The position numbers were made by a program, and so were the translations under genes. From Octopus vulgaris (taxonomy: Eukaryota), in the NCBI GenBank assembly GCA_951406725.2, contig OX597823.1, positions 744,001 to 808,000 on the forward strand: 64,000 bases of DNA, given 5' to 3'. Position 1 is the first letter of the stretch. Each line of letters starts with the position of its first letter. The notes beneath the pieces are model-generated. The model did no database searches and had not been told where the DNA came from. It saw only the letters and a program-made list of their open reading frames with translations. This document shows, piece by piece, positions 11,245-23,882 of the stretch.

Positions 11245-13905
11245 TGGCCAGATGTAACACAAAGACAATCAAGAACAAAAAAAAAGCCCCAGCACTAATT
11301 GCAAAGGTAATTAGCTTATATAATATTGGTATTGTTGCTCTAAGTGAAACCAGGCTTGCAGACACTGGTGAATTAGAAGTTAGAAGTGGCTTGACATTTT
11401 TTGGAGTAGAAAACCAGATGAACCAAGAATTCCTCATTTGTCATTAAATTGTCTCTACTTTGCAAGTTGCCATCCATCCCTCAAATTGTCTCATGGCATT
11501 TTACATACTCATTGGTGATTCCTCATCTATGCACATTACCTGCATGTGTGCCTACATTATCAGCATCCAAACAAGAACGTAACATTTTACTATTCTAAAT
11601 TGCAGACAGTTGTCAGTAAAGTTCTGTATCATGACAGTGTCATATTGATGGGTGGAGGCGCAATGACCCAGTGGTTAGGGCAGCGGACTCGCGGTTTCGA
11701 TTCCCAGACCGGGTATTGTGAGTGTTTATTGAGCGAAAACACCTAAAGCTCCACGAGGCTCCGGCAGGGATGGTGGTGATCCCTGCTGTACTCTTTCACC
11801 ACAACTTTCTCTCACTCTTACTTCCTGTTTCTGTTGTACCTGTATTTCAAAGGGCTGGTCTTGTCACTCTCTGTGTCATGCTGAATATCCCCGAGAACTA
11901 CGTTATGGGTACACGTGTCTGTGGAGTGCTCAGCCACTTACACGTTAATTTCACGAGCAGGCTGTTCCGTTGATCGGATCAACCGGAACCCTCGTCGTAA
12001 CCGACGGAGTGCTTCCATCCATATTGATGGGGAATCTTAATGCCAGAAAAAGGTAATAAGCACACTGAGTGGTCAAATTTATAGAAACATACAGAGCGGG
12101 GGGGGAAGGTGAACGAGAGCTGTTTATGACTCTCTCTCTTTTTGTCAACAGTTCGGTCTAACAATCACAATCATGGTGTTTCACCAGGCAGGTACATATA
12201 AAACCATCTGGAAGCATCCCTGATCTGGTAACTGACACATGCTTGATTATATCATCACTAAGAGTAAAGACTGTTGTGATTTCAGATTGACCAGAGCTCA
12301 GAAAACACTGCTCGCAATAAGACATTTGTTAAACCATATACAAAATGGCCAGTGAAATCCAGCATACTTCAGAGAATAAGTGTGTCTTCTTTAAAAAAGC
12401 CAGAAATGACAAAAAATTTCGAAATGCATCTAAATTCAAAGCTTGAGAACATAGCAATGATCATAAAGTTTTGCTGTATAATATTCACCACAGCATCAAA
12501 TCCTCTGCTGAAAAAGTTCTAAGATTCATCAAATGCAAACATCAAGATTGGTTCGATGAGAATGATTCACAAATCAAATCTCTCCTAGATACTATGTACA
12601 AAAGACAAAAGGCATGGATCTCAATCAAAAACTCACCATTCCTCAGATCCTCTAAGAAGCTACTCTGAAAACTCCTCTAAGAAAACTACTCTGAAAAAAA
12701 TTGAACAAGATGAAAAATTCTTGGTAAACAAATAAAACCCAAGAACTGGAAATGGATGCTAACTCTTACAACTTGAGAGCATTGTATGACAATCTGAAAG
12801 GTGTTTTTGGTCCCCCCAAAAAAAGGGTGGTAGCGAAGATGAGATTCTGAAAAAATGGACTGAACACTTTAAATCTGTATTAAATCAAGAATCCATCACT
12901 GATCGTGAAGTAATCAATGAAATGCTTAAGTAGCCTATAATTGCAGAACTTGTGGAAGATCCTTCCTTGGATGAAATAAGTATGGCTATTAAAAACTTTC
13001 CAATGCTAAAGCTCCGGATCAAGACGGTATTCCCAAAGAAGTGTACGAGCATGGAGGTAGACAACCTGTAAGCAAGCAAATTGATTTGTGAAATTTAATC
13101 TGTGAAACTGGATCTGTTTCCCAACAGTTCAAAGATGCATTTGTACAAGAACAAGGGGAAGAAGAGTTGAAAACAGGGGAATAAGCTTGTTGTGTATAGC
13201 TGGAAAGATTCTTTCGAGGGTGGTCCTTAACCGTATCAATAAGCATGTAATAAACAGCATATATCCTGAATCCCAATGTGAATTTGGGGCTGGGAGCGTC
13301 ACAAGTGACATGATTTTTGCTCTTTGGCAAGTTCAAGAGAAATCAGGTAAGCAAAATACTGACTTGTACCTGGTCTCTGTCGACTTGACCAAAGCCTTTG
13401 ATGCAGTAAATTGTGAGGTACTCTGGAAAATTTTGTCAAAAGTTGGTCTTCCTGATCAAATGATAAGGCTAATAGTGTCCCTGTATAAAGAAATGATGGC
13501 AGCAGTGATTTCAAGTAGTCAGAGTTCAAAGGGATTTTCTGTTGCCACTGAAACCAAACAGGGATGTGTTTTAGCTTCTGTACTTTTTGCCATATTCTTC
13601 ACAATGGTGTTCCAACATACTTTTATGGATTACCACAAAAATTTCAGTTTCCCACAGAATTAGGTCTTCTCAGCCTAAATGAGGAATACTTCAGGTCGAA
13701 GGAAAAGAACAAGGAAGAAATTTCATGTGATGTTCTGCTGGCTGATGATTGTGCTTCAGTTTCTCATACATTTGAGGGAATTCATGAAACAGTCAAGAGG
13801 TTTGCTGTGGCAGCTTATACATTCGACTATCGGCATTAAAGAAACCAAAGTTTTATTCTGGCCAAGGCCTGGGGCAGGACATACTCAAGACTCGAAGGTG
13901 ACGAT
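11245..13905 (+). mobile_element. Old RTE-clade LINE (APE + RT), heavily decayed, interrupted by a SINE
   Basis: IVALSETRLADTG, ILMG|NLNAR, KHQDWFDEND, PESQCEF, VDLTKAFDAVN, KQGCVLA..LF, LLADDCA. Confidence 0.85.
11653..12019 (+). mobile_element. Full-length tRNA-derived SINE with 12-bp TSD
   Basis: A-box-like TGACCCAGTGG, B-box-like GGTTTCGATTCC. TSD CATATTGATGGG at 11641-11652 and 12020-12031. Confidence 0.9.
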
Positions 13906-13919
13906 ACACATGCTGCCTT

Positions 13920-14205
13920 CACACAGACACACACACACACACACGTGCACACAGACACAGATACAGACACACATACAAACACATGCACATACAAACACAT
14001 GCACACACACATGCACACAAGTGCATTATACTCACACACACACATACGCACATACACATATACATAAACACATGCACACACACACACACCCATACATACG
14101 CACATGCATGCATACATACATACATACACATACACACATACACACATGCACATATACATACATACACACACACATACACGCATGCACACATACATACATA
14201 CACAC

Positions 14206-14237
<32 letters not shown>

Positions 14238-15300
14238 TTCCACACATACACACATACATACATACACACATACACACACATACATACATACACACATACA
14301 CATACACACACACATACTTACATACACTCATACGGACATACATACACACAGACATACACACATACACACTTACACATACATACACACACACTTACACATA
14401 CATACATACACACTCACATGCACGTGCACACACATGCATGCGCGCACGCAGACATGCATGCATGCCTGTGGGGTCTGGCTTTATCTCAGGCGTACGTCTA
14501 GGTGAGTGCGTTGTGCCTGGGGATTCACCGCAAGAGTCTTTTCCATCATTCTTTCAGTTGCGAAGTGTGTCCTTGCATGCATATATATACACACATATAA
14601 ACATATAAACACACATATAATACCCCTACATTTTGTACACACACGCACATACATACATACATACATACATTCACTCCCACGCATGTACACACACACATTT
14701 ACATATATATATACAATACACGCACACAGACTTACACACGTACAAACACACACGAATTCACATACACACCGACACATATACATACACACAACATATACCT
14801 CCACGCACACGCACACATACACATACGTACACACATATAAGCACAGACACACACATACATACACACACCAAAACATGCACACACATACGCACGCACACGC
14901 GCAAAATCAAACTCAACGCACATACATACACACGCACACGCACACAAATGAACCCACACACACTTCCCATACGGCACACAACCATACATACACACACACA
15001 TACATACATGCACACAATTATACATATACGCACGTACAAGCACACACACACACGCACACATACACTTAGTTAAGCACAGTTACTCGCCATACACACAAAA
15101 AAATGCACACGTACACACACACATACTACAACAAAACACACACACAAGACATATACACGCACACACACATACCTCCCTGTTTCTGACCTGCCTTCCTGAC
15201 TCGCTAGGGTACCCCCACACCTCTCCTTTAATTCTACTGCTGCTTGCCACTAGCCATTGTCCACCATACACACACATACACACACACACTCACACACACA
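13920..15300. repeat. Long degenerate (CA)n/(TACA)n tract with short unique islands
   Basis: Direct inspection; produces spurious HT/CV ORFs. Confidence 0.9.
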
Positions 15301-15475
15301 CCCATGTCATCTCGCACACCTTTTTTTACCATTCCTTCTTTGATTCAGCTCTCCTGTTTTTGAAAACATGTTCCTCCTTTTTTACCACTTCCGTCTTTTC
15401 AGTATGTGACCTCGTGAAGACCACTTGCAATTTTTTTCTTCTGTCCTCCCACCTCGGGATCTTTCTTTCTCCTAT

Positions 15476-15510
15476 GTTTCCGACGAAGAGCTCCGCTCGA
15501 AACGTCATAC
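15476..15510 (+). ncRNA. Degenerate minimal hammerhead ribozyme motif (Penelope-like terminus)
   Basis: GTTT CCGACGA AGAGC TCC GCTC GAAA CGTC ATAC. Core CUGANGA is mutated to CCGACGA; stem II GAGC/GCTC; palindromic ACGT stem III. Confidence 0.55.
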
Positions 15511-16021
15511 CCTCCTTCTTCCCTTCTTTCCTGAGTGTCCAATAATACTTTATTTGTTCCACATCCTCGCGTTGTTGTCTTTTTGTTTTCTTGTTTGGAT
15601 TAACTTTATATATATATATATATATATATTCAATGAGTACATAGGGATAAATTATCCAGGTGGGTACCATACAAGCACCCAGTTATAATCCTCATTCAGA
15701 TTAACCATATAGTAAGGATTATCTTGGGTTACATAGGGTGAGTAATCCTTCGGTTTGCTTCACAGTATTAGGAATATTTTCGGTAAATCCAAGACGATTA
15801 CAATGAATACAGAGAATGCTGCATCTGCATATCTTTATTACAGCATAACTGGCTTAGATATGACCGGCACGTGTTTCTGTTGCACACAGAATTAGCAGTT
15901 GCATCTGCATCCAGTGGTTTTGATTATGTACCTTTCTTCCAATCATCTCTATGGACAAACCTTGAATGAAGGTGGAAACGCATGTAGCAATGCCTTAAAA
16001 TATTTATAAATTCCATCCAAA

Positions 16022-16103
<82 letters not shown>

Positions 16104-16104
<1 letters not shown>

Positions 16105-17695
16105 TATGTTTGACTTTTGCTTTATATTTGTACAAGTTGGCTCCAAGTCTCACCCAGAGACCTCAAGAGACAACAGGGTTGGAAGTTCATGTTGTTGTTA
16201 TGCCTAGTGTGCCATATATTTGGGGGGTGGGGATGTTGTACTAATGAATGTCTAAAAAGAAAAAAAAAGGTTTTTTTTTATTTTTATTTTATTTTTTTTT
16301 TTTTATTTTATTTTTTTTTTTTTAAACCGAAAATTATGTTTGTTTTAAACCTTGAGATTACATAGAGAGTATTTTGCGTAGGATATGAGCAGTTCCCATG
16401 AACACTATCTTTTGAACTTCTGCCATTTTTGGGTTTCCTGGTATCTGAGTTAGGTAGCTATCAGCCCCTTTTGCTATCATTCCCAGGGCACCTATGACAA
16501 CAGATATTGTTTTAGTCTTCAGCTTCCACATTTTGCTGATTTCTATTTCAAGATCTTTATATTTGCTCAGTTTATGGTAGGTCTTGACAGATACGTTTAT
16601 ATCGATTGGGACAGTCATATCAATGAGGAGGCATGTTCTTTGTTTGAAGTTTTTCAATATGATGTCTGGCCTATTTGCATCTATCTTCCTGTCAGTTTGA
16701 ATGGTGAAGTTCCAGAGGAGTGAGATGTGGTCATTTTCAAGCACTGGGGGTGGTTTGTGTTCCCACCAGTTTTTTTCATGGGGCAAATCCAGGTTTTTAC
16801 AGATTACCCAGTGAATATATTGTGCAGCTCTATCGTGCCTGTTGAGATACTCTGTAGGCGCTAGAAGACTGCACTTGGAGACCACATGGTCAATGGTTTC
16901 ATTTTGTTGCTTGCATACACGACACGTTGGACTGCTTCTGATCTTTAATATGTTGGCCTGGTAGTTTCTTGTTGGTAGGCATTGATCTTGAGCTGCTATG
17001 ATAAACCCCTCTGTTTCAGATTTTAAGCCAGAGGCCATTAGCCATTGATGGGTCAGGGCTTTGTCGATATCTGCATTATTCGCTCTCTTTGGGTATTTGC
17101 CATAGAGAGGTTTTTCTTGCCATTTATTATTCAGAATATCTAAGGCCGCAGTTTTGGCACGGGTTTTCATGCGCCTAGCTTTTTCTGTGCTTGTTTCTTG
17201 TATATCTATCTCCGAAATTGGTTGTATTCGGAATTCACTTAGATATTCCTTTGCCTGTTTTGTGACTGAGTATGATGCTTTCTTGTTTTCATGTTTTGAG
17301 ACAAGTTTTAGCATCCAGTCCTCAGAGTTTTTCAGGTAGGTGTCTAGGCCAATTGTAGCAATCTTCATTGTTATTGCCAGTTGCAAAGACCACGGCCTCC
17401 CTCTTTTCTTGGCAGATAGAGTCGTTCTGTATCTGCCTTAGGGTGGTGCATTCTATGCATTGTCAACAGTTTCCTTATTTTTCTGTCGAGCTGACATATT
17501 TCAGTAATTGACCAGTTAACAATATTGAAACTGTAAGTCACGACTGGTATAGCTAATGCATTGATTGCTTCGATCCTGTTTCTTGCATTCAGCTCTGTCT
17601 TGAGTATTGCTCTCACTCTTCGATAGCATTCTCTCCTGATCCTTTCCTTCATCTCTGAATGCCTTATTCCGTTCCCTTCAATTATCCCTAGGTAC

Positions 17696-17698
<3 letters not shown>
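16104..17698 (-). mobile_element. R4/Dong-like LINE (family A), 5'-truncated, between (TTA)n tracts
   Basis: ORFs 17371-17652 (RT thumb, RLYLPRKEGGRGL) and 16358-17386 (CRVC..ETIDHVVSKC zinc knuckle, RHD, RPDII..LIDMTVP..K..KY RLE). (TTA)n at 16023-16103 and 17699-17763. Confidence 0.92.
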
Positions 17699-17763
<65 letters not shown>

Positions 17764-17765
<2 letters not shown>

Positions 17766-17972
17766 TTTTTTTCTTCTTTCAAATTTGCTTCCATTTCTTG
17801 CCGAGTGTCTTCCCGACTCCTAGGGCAAAGAAACTCATAGTATACATTGGTAGGCCATTAAACCAAACTCAGTAGTTCGTTAATTTTTTTTTTTTTTTTT
17901 TTTTAAAGTTAAATTAAAATACATGAGCAGCAACAGTTCTCACATCGACAATTCTCTTCTCAATGCGTGTGA
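17764..17972 (-). mobile_element. R4/Dong-like LINE family B, extreme 3' end
   Basis: Near-identical to 62990-63195; flanked by (TTA)n. Confidence 0.85.
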
Positions 17973-18445
17973 TTTATTATTATTATTATTATTATCATTA
18001 TTATTATCATCATCACTATATTTATCCTACAGTATATCTGCACACCTCAGTACGGTCCCAAAAAACAGGTATCACCAGTTGGCATCATTAGGCTGTGGCT
18101 GGCATGGTAGGATAGGAGCTTTTATATGCATATTCGAAACATTTTTAACCATAAATAAACTTAAAGGCATACTGGCATATCGTGGCTCTTCTAAATGGAG
18201 ACCTTACCTATCATTGTGGTTTTGTGGTATGAAGCTAAACAGGCCTTGCTGTCCATTTAAGAAAACACACAGTAAATGACCCTCAAGCACTCGAGCAAAC
18301 TGAGTCCTCAGCTAGTTCCCCTTGTCAAAAGTTTTGCAAGACATCAGCAGGCCTCAAGAGACACATTCATGTCCACAGAACATGATTCCCGCTTTATTTT
18401 ACTGAACCCTCATTTGACATTCATAATGAGAGAATCCATCATATC

Positions 18446-18657
<212 letters not shown>

Positions 18658-18685
18658 AACACACACACACATATATATGATAATA

Positions 18686-18721
<36 letters not shown>

Positions 18722-18782
18722 TAAAAACGGTAAGATAACAAAAGAAAGAAAGAGACCTCGATGTTATGTAAATCGAGGAATT

Positions 18783-18984
18783 TATCTGTAAATGTAATAA
18801 GTGACAATTATTCAGTAGCCAAGATAAAACTCCGAGTTTCAGATGCCGAGGTGGAAATCCACCTCATTTTCATAGCATTTTTTCTAATGGCCAGATAACT
18901 GAAAAGATGGCGGCGTGGATTTGCACCTTGGTGTCTGAAACTCAGAGGCTACCGAATAATTGTCATATATTACATTTACAGATA
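18783..18984. repeat. Inverted repeat made of two Penelope-like terminal (hammerhead-like) segments
   Basis: TATCTGTAAATGTAATA..TGACAATTATTC.GTAGCC...GAGTTTCAGA.RCCRAGGTG.AAATCCAC on + at the left and on - at the right. Confidence 0.7.
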
Positions 18985-19721
18985 CACACACATATAGTTA
19001 CATTATTAGTGTAAATACACAGAGAAAGGCATTAATGATTCAGACAAAATGCTGGGCAGCATTTCTTTTGGTACTTTACATTCTGAGTTCAAATCCCACA
19101 AATGCCCCTGATGTCAACTTTGTCTTTTATCTTTACGGGGTCAATAAAATAAAGTACTGGCCTGATGCCAAAATTTGAAACCATCGTAATTATCATTATC
19201 ATCATTATTATTATCATTGTAAAAACATACAAACACACACAAACACACGTAGTGTAAGTTATTCTTTTGAAGTGTTAATTAAAAAAAAAACATTATGGAC
19301 AGACAAAATTTGCTAAACATCATTTGGTCTGATTGTCAAAACTCTGCTATGGATAATAGACATCAAAGTCATTGTATCCAATAATAATAGAGGGATATGT
19401 AGGTAATTAAACAGATTTAATCAGCTGATTTAAACAGTTGAATTGAAGTTGAATCTTAATGAATGAAATATTGTAAATTGCAGTTTAAATTACTAACTTC
19501 AATTTGATGTAGGCATATTAATGAATGTATATGAGGCTGAGTAAAAAGTAAGCAACGTTTTGAAACATAGAATTCATCAAAATATATTTGAACAATGTGG
19601 AAATTTTATTCCACAAAGTAAGTACAATTAGAATCAACACATTCTTGCCAACGAGTTACAAGTTTACATTATTTACAGTATTTACATTCAACGGATATTT
19701 GTCCTCATCTTGTTTGTTGTT

Positions 19722-19766
19722 AACACAACGTTTCGGCTGATATACCCTCCAGCCTTCGTCAGGTGT
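19722..19766 (-). ncRNA. Minimal type I hammerhead ribozyme motif with intact core
   Basis: Minus strand GACAC CTGACGA A GGCTG GAGGGTATAT CAGCC GAAA CGTT GTGTT. Stem I ACAC/GTGT, stem II GGCTG/CAGCC, loop-less palindromic stem III. Confidence 0.72.
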
Positions 19767-19899
19767 CTTGGGGAAATTTCGAACCTGGGTTCTCATTCCG
19801 AAGGTATTTTTCGATGTTATTATTATTGTTACGTTGCCAGAGCAGCTAACTGGCTTCCATGCCGGTGGCACGTAAAAAGCACCATTCGAGCGTGATCGT

Positions 19900-20598
19900 T
19901 ATGTGGATGAAGCCTTTTTTTAGCTGGGGTGCCGGTATTTTTCCTTTCCTTACCCACTGTCTTTGGCACTTGACATTTTTATTTTTATAGAGAACCCATT
20001 TCTCATCACCAGTCCAAAAAAGGTTAATTCGTGAGATGTGATGGCAAAGAAGAGCACACATTCACTCTCTATGCACGATTAGGCTCAGAAAGTTTGTGAG
20101 GAACCCATTGACCCAATTTGCTGACTTTTCCGATGGTATGCAGGTGTCAAAGAATGGTTGAATGACCAAATCCAAGCTTCTCTGCTAATTTCTCAACAGT
20201 TACAATGGGATTTTGTTCCACCAGGATTTGCAGGATGTCCTTGTTGAGCTGTACAGATCTTCCAGGACAAGCCTTGTCTTCTAGGCTGTAGTTTCCGGCT
20301 CAGAATTTCTGGAACCACCATTGACACTGGCTTACACTTATTGCCTGATCCCCATATACTGTATTAACATTCCTTGCACTTTCTGTTTTGTTGTTACCTT
20401 TATTGAACTCATAAAGCAAAATATGCCAAATGTGCTCCATTATAGCCTTGGAAAGATAACTGTTAAAGTCAAACTGCACTCTTCAAAACTTGCACTAAGA
20501 ATAAGGCCAAGGTGAAATTACTACCTGCTTTTATAGCAAGTTGACTTTTAGTTCATGCAATTAAAAGAAACCCACATTATTTATGGGCTGATCCAGTA
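19900..20598 (-). mobile_element. mariner transposase 5' half, decayed
   Basis: KLGQWVPHKL, WTGDEKWVLY motifs; TIR-like end TACTGGATCAGCCCATAAATAATG. Confidence 0.85.
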
Positions 20599-20629
20599 TA
20601 TATATACATATATACATATAAAATACATC

Positions 20630-21400
20630 AGTGGTAGCACCACTTGTGTCCAGGTGTGGCTCATCTGGAGCCTCCATGATGCTTATACCTGACATGGGTT
20701 CAGGAGGCCAAGTCAGGAATGGAACAGCCACAAGCATTAGTCACATGACAGAATGGGTGGTCATCTTGGCTGGAGTTTCCAGGCCTTGTGTTGCTTTCAT
20801 TTTACTTCTTCAGTGTTTCTCCTGGAACCATCAAAATGAATTGCAGTTCCCCAGGATGGAATGTTGGCAACTTGTGATTCCAGCTTGAAGCCCTGCAGTT
20901 CAGTAGCCTTTGCTTGTCACCAAACGTTCTGATTTCTTCTCAGGCATCTTTGGCTCAGCTGCATTTCTTGCATGAGGAATTCTTTGTTGCTTCTCGTTAG
21001 GTGGTTTTCACAAGCAAGCTGTTCTTTTCTTATTGATCAGATATTCGATCTCTTTGTTGTTTCCAGTGAACCAGTCTTGGTTCTGGTACTCTGAGTAGCA
21101 GACGACCTCATTTGCAGCAGATGTCATTGTGTCACACAGAATATCACAGTCATTTGGTGTAGGATTCCCATTCCGCCTTTCCCTCAAATGTTGGTTCCCT
21201 GCTCCTTGGAAGAACTGGGATGTTTCTGGGTGCTTTTGTAACAATCATATCTTGGTTTGTGCTTTTGAGTATTTTGGGATACCAAGGTGATGGACAGATG
21301 AAGTTGAGACGTGGGAGCACAAATTGGTGATTGGTCTAGCAATCACCGGTGCCTGGTAAGGATCTGGTGATCCTCACATCCTTCTTGTTTCGGGTCCTTG
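20630..21400 (-). mobile_element. Old RTE LINE fragments (linker and 3' end, internally deleted)
   Basis: AANEVV...NQDWF.GNNKEIEYLINKKR and a degenerate C-terminal C..C...F.S..GL motif. Confidence 0.6.
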
Positions 21401-21967
21401 TTAATACTGGCCTAATAGGCTACCTAATGTATAAAGAATATATGCATTATTATACTGTTTCAGTCATTGGATTGAGACCATGCTGCAGCATGGCATTAAA
21501 GATCAACCAAAATATTTATTTCAGTTTGGTGCATTATTTTTATATCAAAATTACTTGCTTTTGAGGAAAAGCTTTCATCAAAAGTAATAAACTTTGGATG
21601 GACGCTTGTAAATAAACACACACACACGTGCACACATCGTCCTATCCAGTCATCTAAAAAAATAAAATGAAACAAAAGAAGAAAGACAAAGCAGGGAAGA
21701 GAGAGGATTGTTTAGTGTTGTTAGAGACAAGAGAAACTCTTTGAGGGTCAAGAAACAGAGGGAAATGACGTAAGAGCAAAGAAGAACCCTTAACCTTTTG
21801 CATGGTTTGTGTCAGCGAAATTTCATTGGGAAGGTGTTGGTCAAATTAAGGGTGGTGCGCTGTGGGATTGAACCAGACTTTGTGGAGAGGAAACAAACTT
21901 TTTAATTATGCATTTATGCCTATGTATGTATGTATGTATGTATGTGTATTCATGCATACATGCATGT

Positions 21968-22560
21968 ATCATCATCCTCATCATCGTTTAATGTCCGTTT
22001 TCCATGCTGGCATGGGTTTTGACTGAGGGCTGGCAAACCAGATGGCTGCACCAGACCTCAATCTGATCTGGCAGAGTTTCTACAGCTGGATGCCCTTCCT
22101 AATGCCAACCACTCCAAGAGTGTAGTGGGTGCTTTTATGTGCCACTGGCACAAGGGCCAATCCAGTGGCACTAGCAACGACCTCACTAATATTTTTTCAC
22201 ATGCCACCAGTACAAGTGCTATTAAGGTGACGCAGGTAATGATCACGCTCAAATGGTGTTTTTAATGTGCCACCGGCATGGAGGCCAGCTTGTTGCTCTG
22301 GCAATGATCTCACTTGTATGGTACTCTTAGCGCTCCACTAGCACGGATGCCAGTCATTGAATTTGATTTTGATTTCACTTGCCTCAACAGGTCTTCGCAA
22401 GCAGAGTTTAGTGTCCAATGAAGGAAATGCATGCATAAGTGGACTGGTTACCCTCCTGGAATAGGCCACAAGGTTATGATCTCGTGCTTGCCAAGTCTTC
22501 TCAAGCACAGCATATTTCTAGAGGTCCCAGTCACTAGTCATTGCCTCGGTGAGGCCCAAA
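21968..22560 (-). mobile_element. RTE LINE 3' end with diverged UTR hairpin array
   Basis: (ATC)n, conserved tail TTTCTACAGCTGGATGCCCTTCCTAA, repeated TGCCACYRGCAC units. Confidence 0.85.
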
Positions 22561-22811
22561 TACTGAAGACTGTTGTATAATGGTCAGTAGAGTTGGGTGT
22601 AGTGGTATGGCATGACAGTGAATATTTGTTGCATTTTTGTGTTGCAGGTGGCTAGGACTATGATATAGAGCTCTTTCAGGAGACTATAGTAGAAGCAGAC
22701 ATGGTGTACTCAGCCAATGCATATCAGTCTCAACTGTACAAATATTTCTGAGTGGTTGACAAGCTGGACTAATAAAACATACTACTTAGGTAAATTGGCT
22801 GCGCATGTGGA

Positions 22812-22979
22812 ATTTGAGTTAATCCAACAAAATATTTGAGTTAATCCAACTCAGAAATATTTGAGTTAATCCAACTCAGAAATATTTGAGTTAATCCAAC
22901 TCAGAAATATTTGAGTTAATCCAACTCAGAAATATTTGAGTAAATCCAACTCAGAAATATTTGAGTTAATCCAACTCAG
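22812..22979. repeat. 25-bp minisatellite, 6 copies plus a partial
   Basis: Unit AAATATTTGAGTTAATCCAACTCAG at 22830, 22855, 22880, 22905, 22930 (1 mismatch), 22955. Confidence 0.95.
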
Positions 22980-23882
22980 AAGGAACAACTTAAGATGAGA
23001 CATGACTTTCGAATAGCAGAATATATTTTGCCGTGTTGGCTTGAATTAGTGTCTATTTCATCTTTATCATTGGTTTATCATTCACTTTTTCATGCTTGCA
23101 TGGGTTAGACAGCTTATAGAGATAGATTTTCTACAGCCGGATAGCTTTCCTGTTATCAATCCTTACCAGTTTCCAAGCAAGGTAATATTTCTCTTGGCCA
23201 GTCATGTTTTTTTTGCAGAACATTGGAAATGACTGACAAACAATATCAAGACAAGTGGACAGACACACACACAATGATGGGCATCTTTCAGTTTCCATCT
23301 ACCAAATCCACTCACAAGCCTTGAACTACAGCAGAAGACACTTGCCCAAGGTGACACACAGCACCCCCTGTGCTTCAGGTTTGAAACAAGTTTGCAACCT
23401 TATACAAACAATATGCAAGCAGTTAGAAAACATCTTGTCTGACTAAAGTGTATGGTTTTTACATTCAAATGTCATGCATAATTGCATAATAAATTGCTGA
23501 GATCATAAATGAACATTTAAATTTTAGCTCAGGTGTGCAATTAAGACAAGGGGGAAATGATTCTACAAATAAATACCACTGCTATGGTTGGGGAAGAGAA
23601 ACTAAAATTTACACCCTGCCCCCACATCACAATCATATAGGCAAATGCCAACATCCATTATCTACATAAAAAAACTAAACTCCAAAGAGAGATCCCTACA
23701 CTGACACAATTAAAACTAACAAAATCTATCTCAAATCACAGCCTACTGATTTAAAGGGAAGAGGACATCAGATAGAAGTAAAAAAAAAAGTGGCATCTTT
23801 GATCATAGTGTTGTTCAATAAGAGGAATTCTTGGGGGCTAAACAATAAACAAATTAATAAATAAAACAATATCTAAACTTAC

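Noticed and set aside
13679-15073. Long His/Thr- and Cys/Val/Tyr/Met-rich ORFs (also 27863-28783, 31308-31699, 46550-47484, 53674-54266)
   Set aside because: Translations of stop-free (CA)n/(TATG)n microsatellites, open in several frames and on both strands; not genes.
22630-22790. Possible + strand exon after TTTTTGTGTTGCAG
   Set aside because: Stops in all three frames shortly after the acceptor-like site.
22812-22979. CRISPR-like palindromic 25-bp repeats
   Set aside because: Units are directly adjacent with no spacers.
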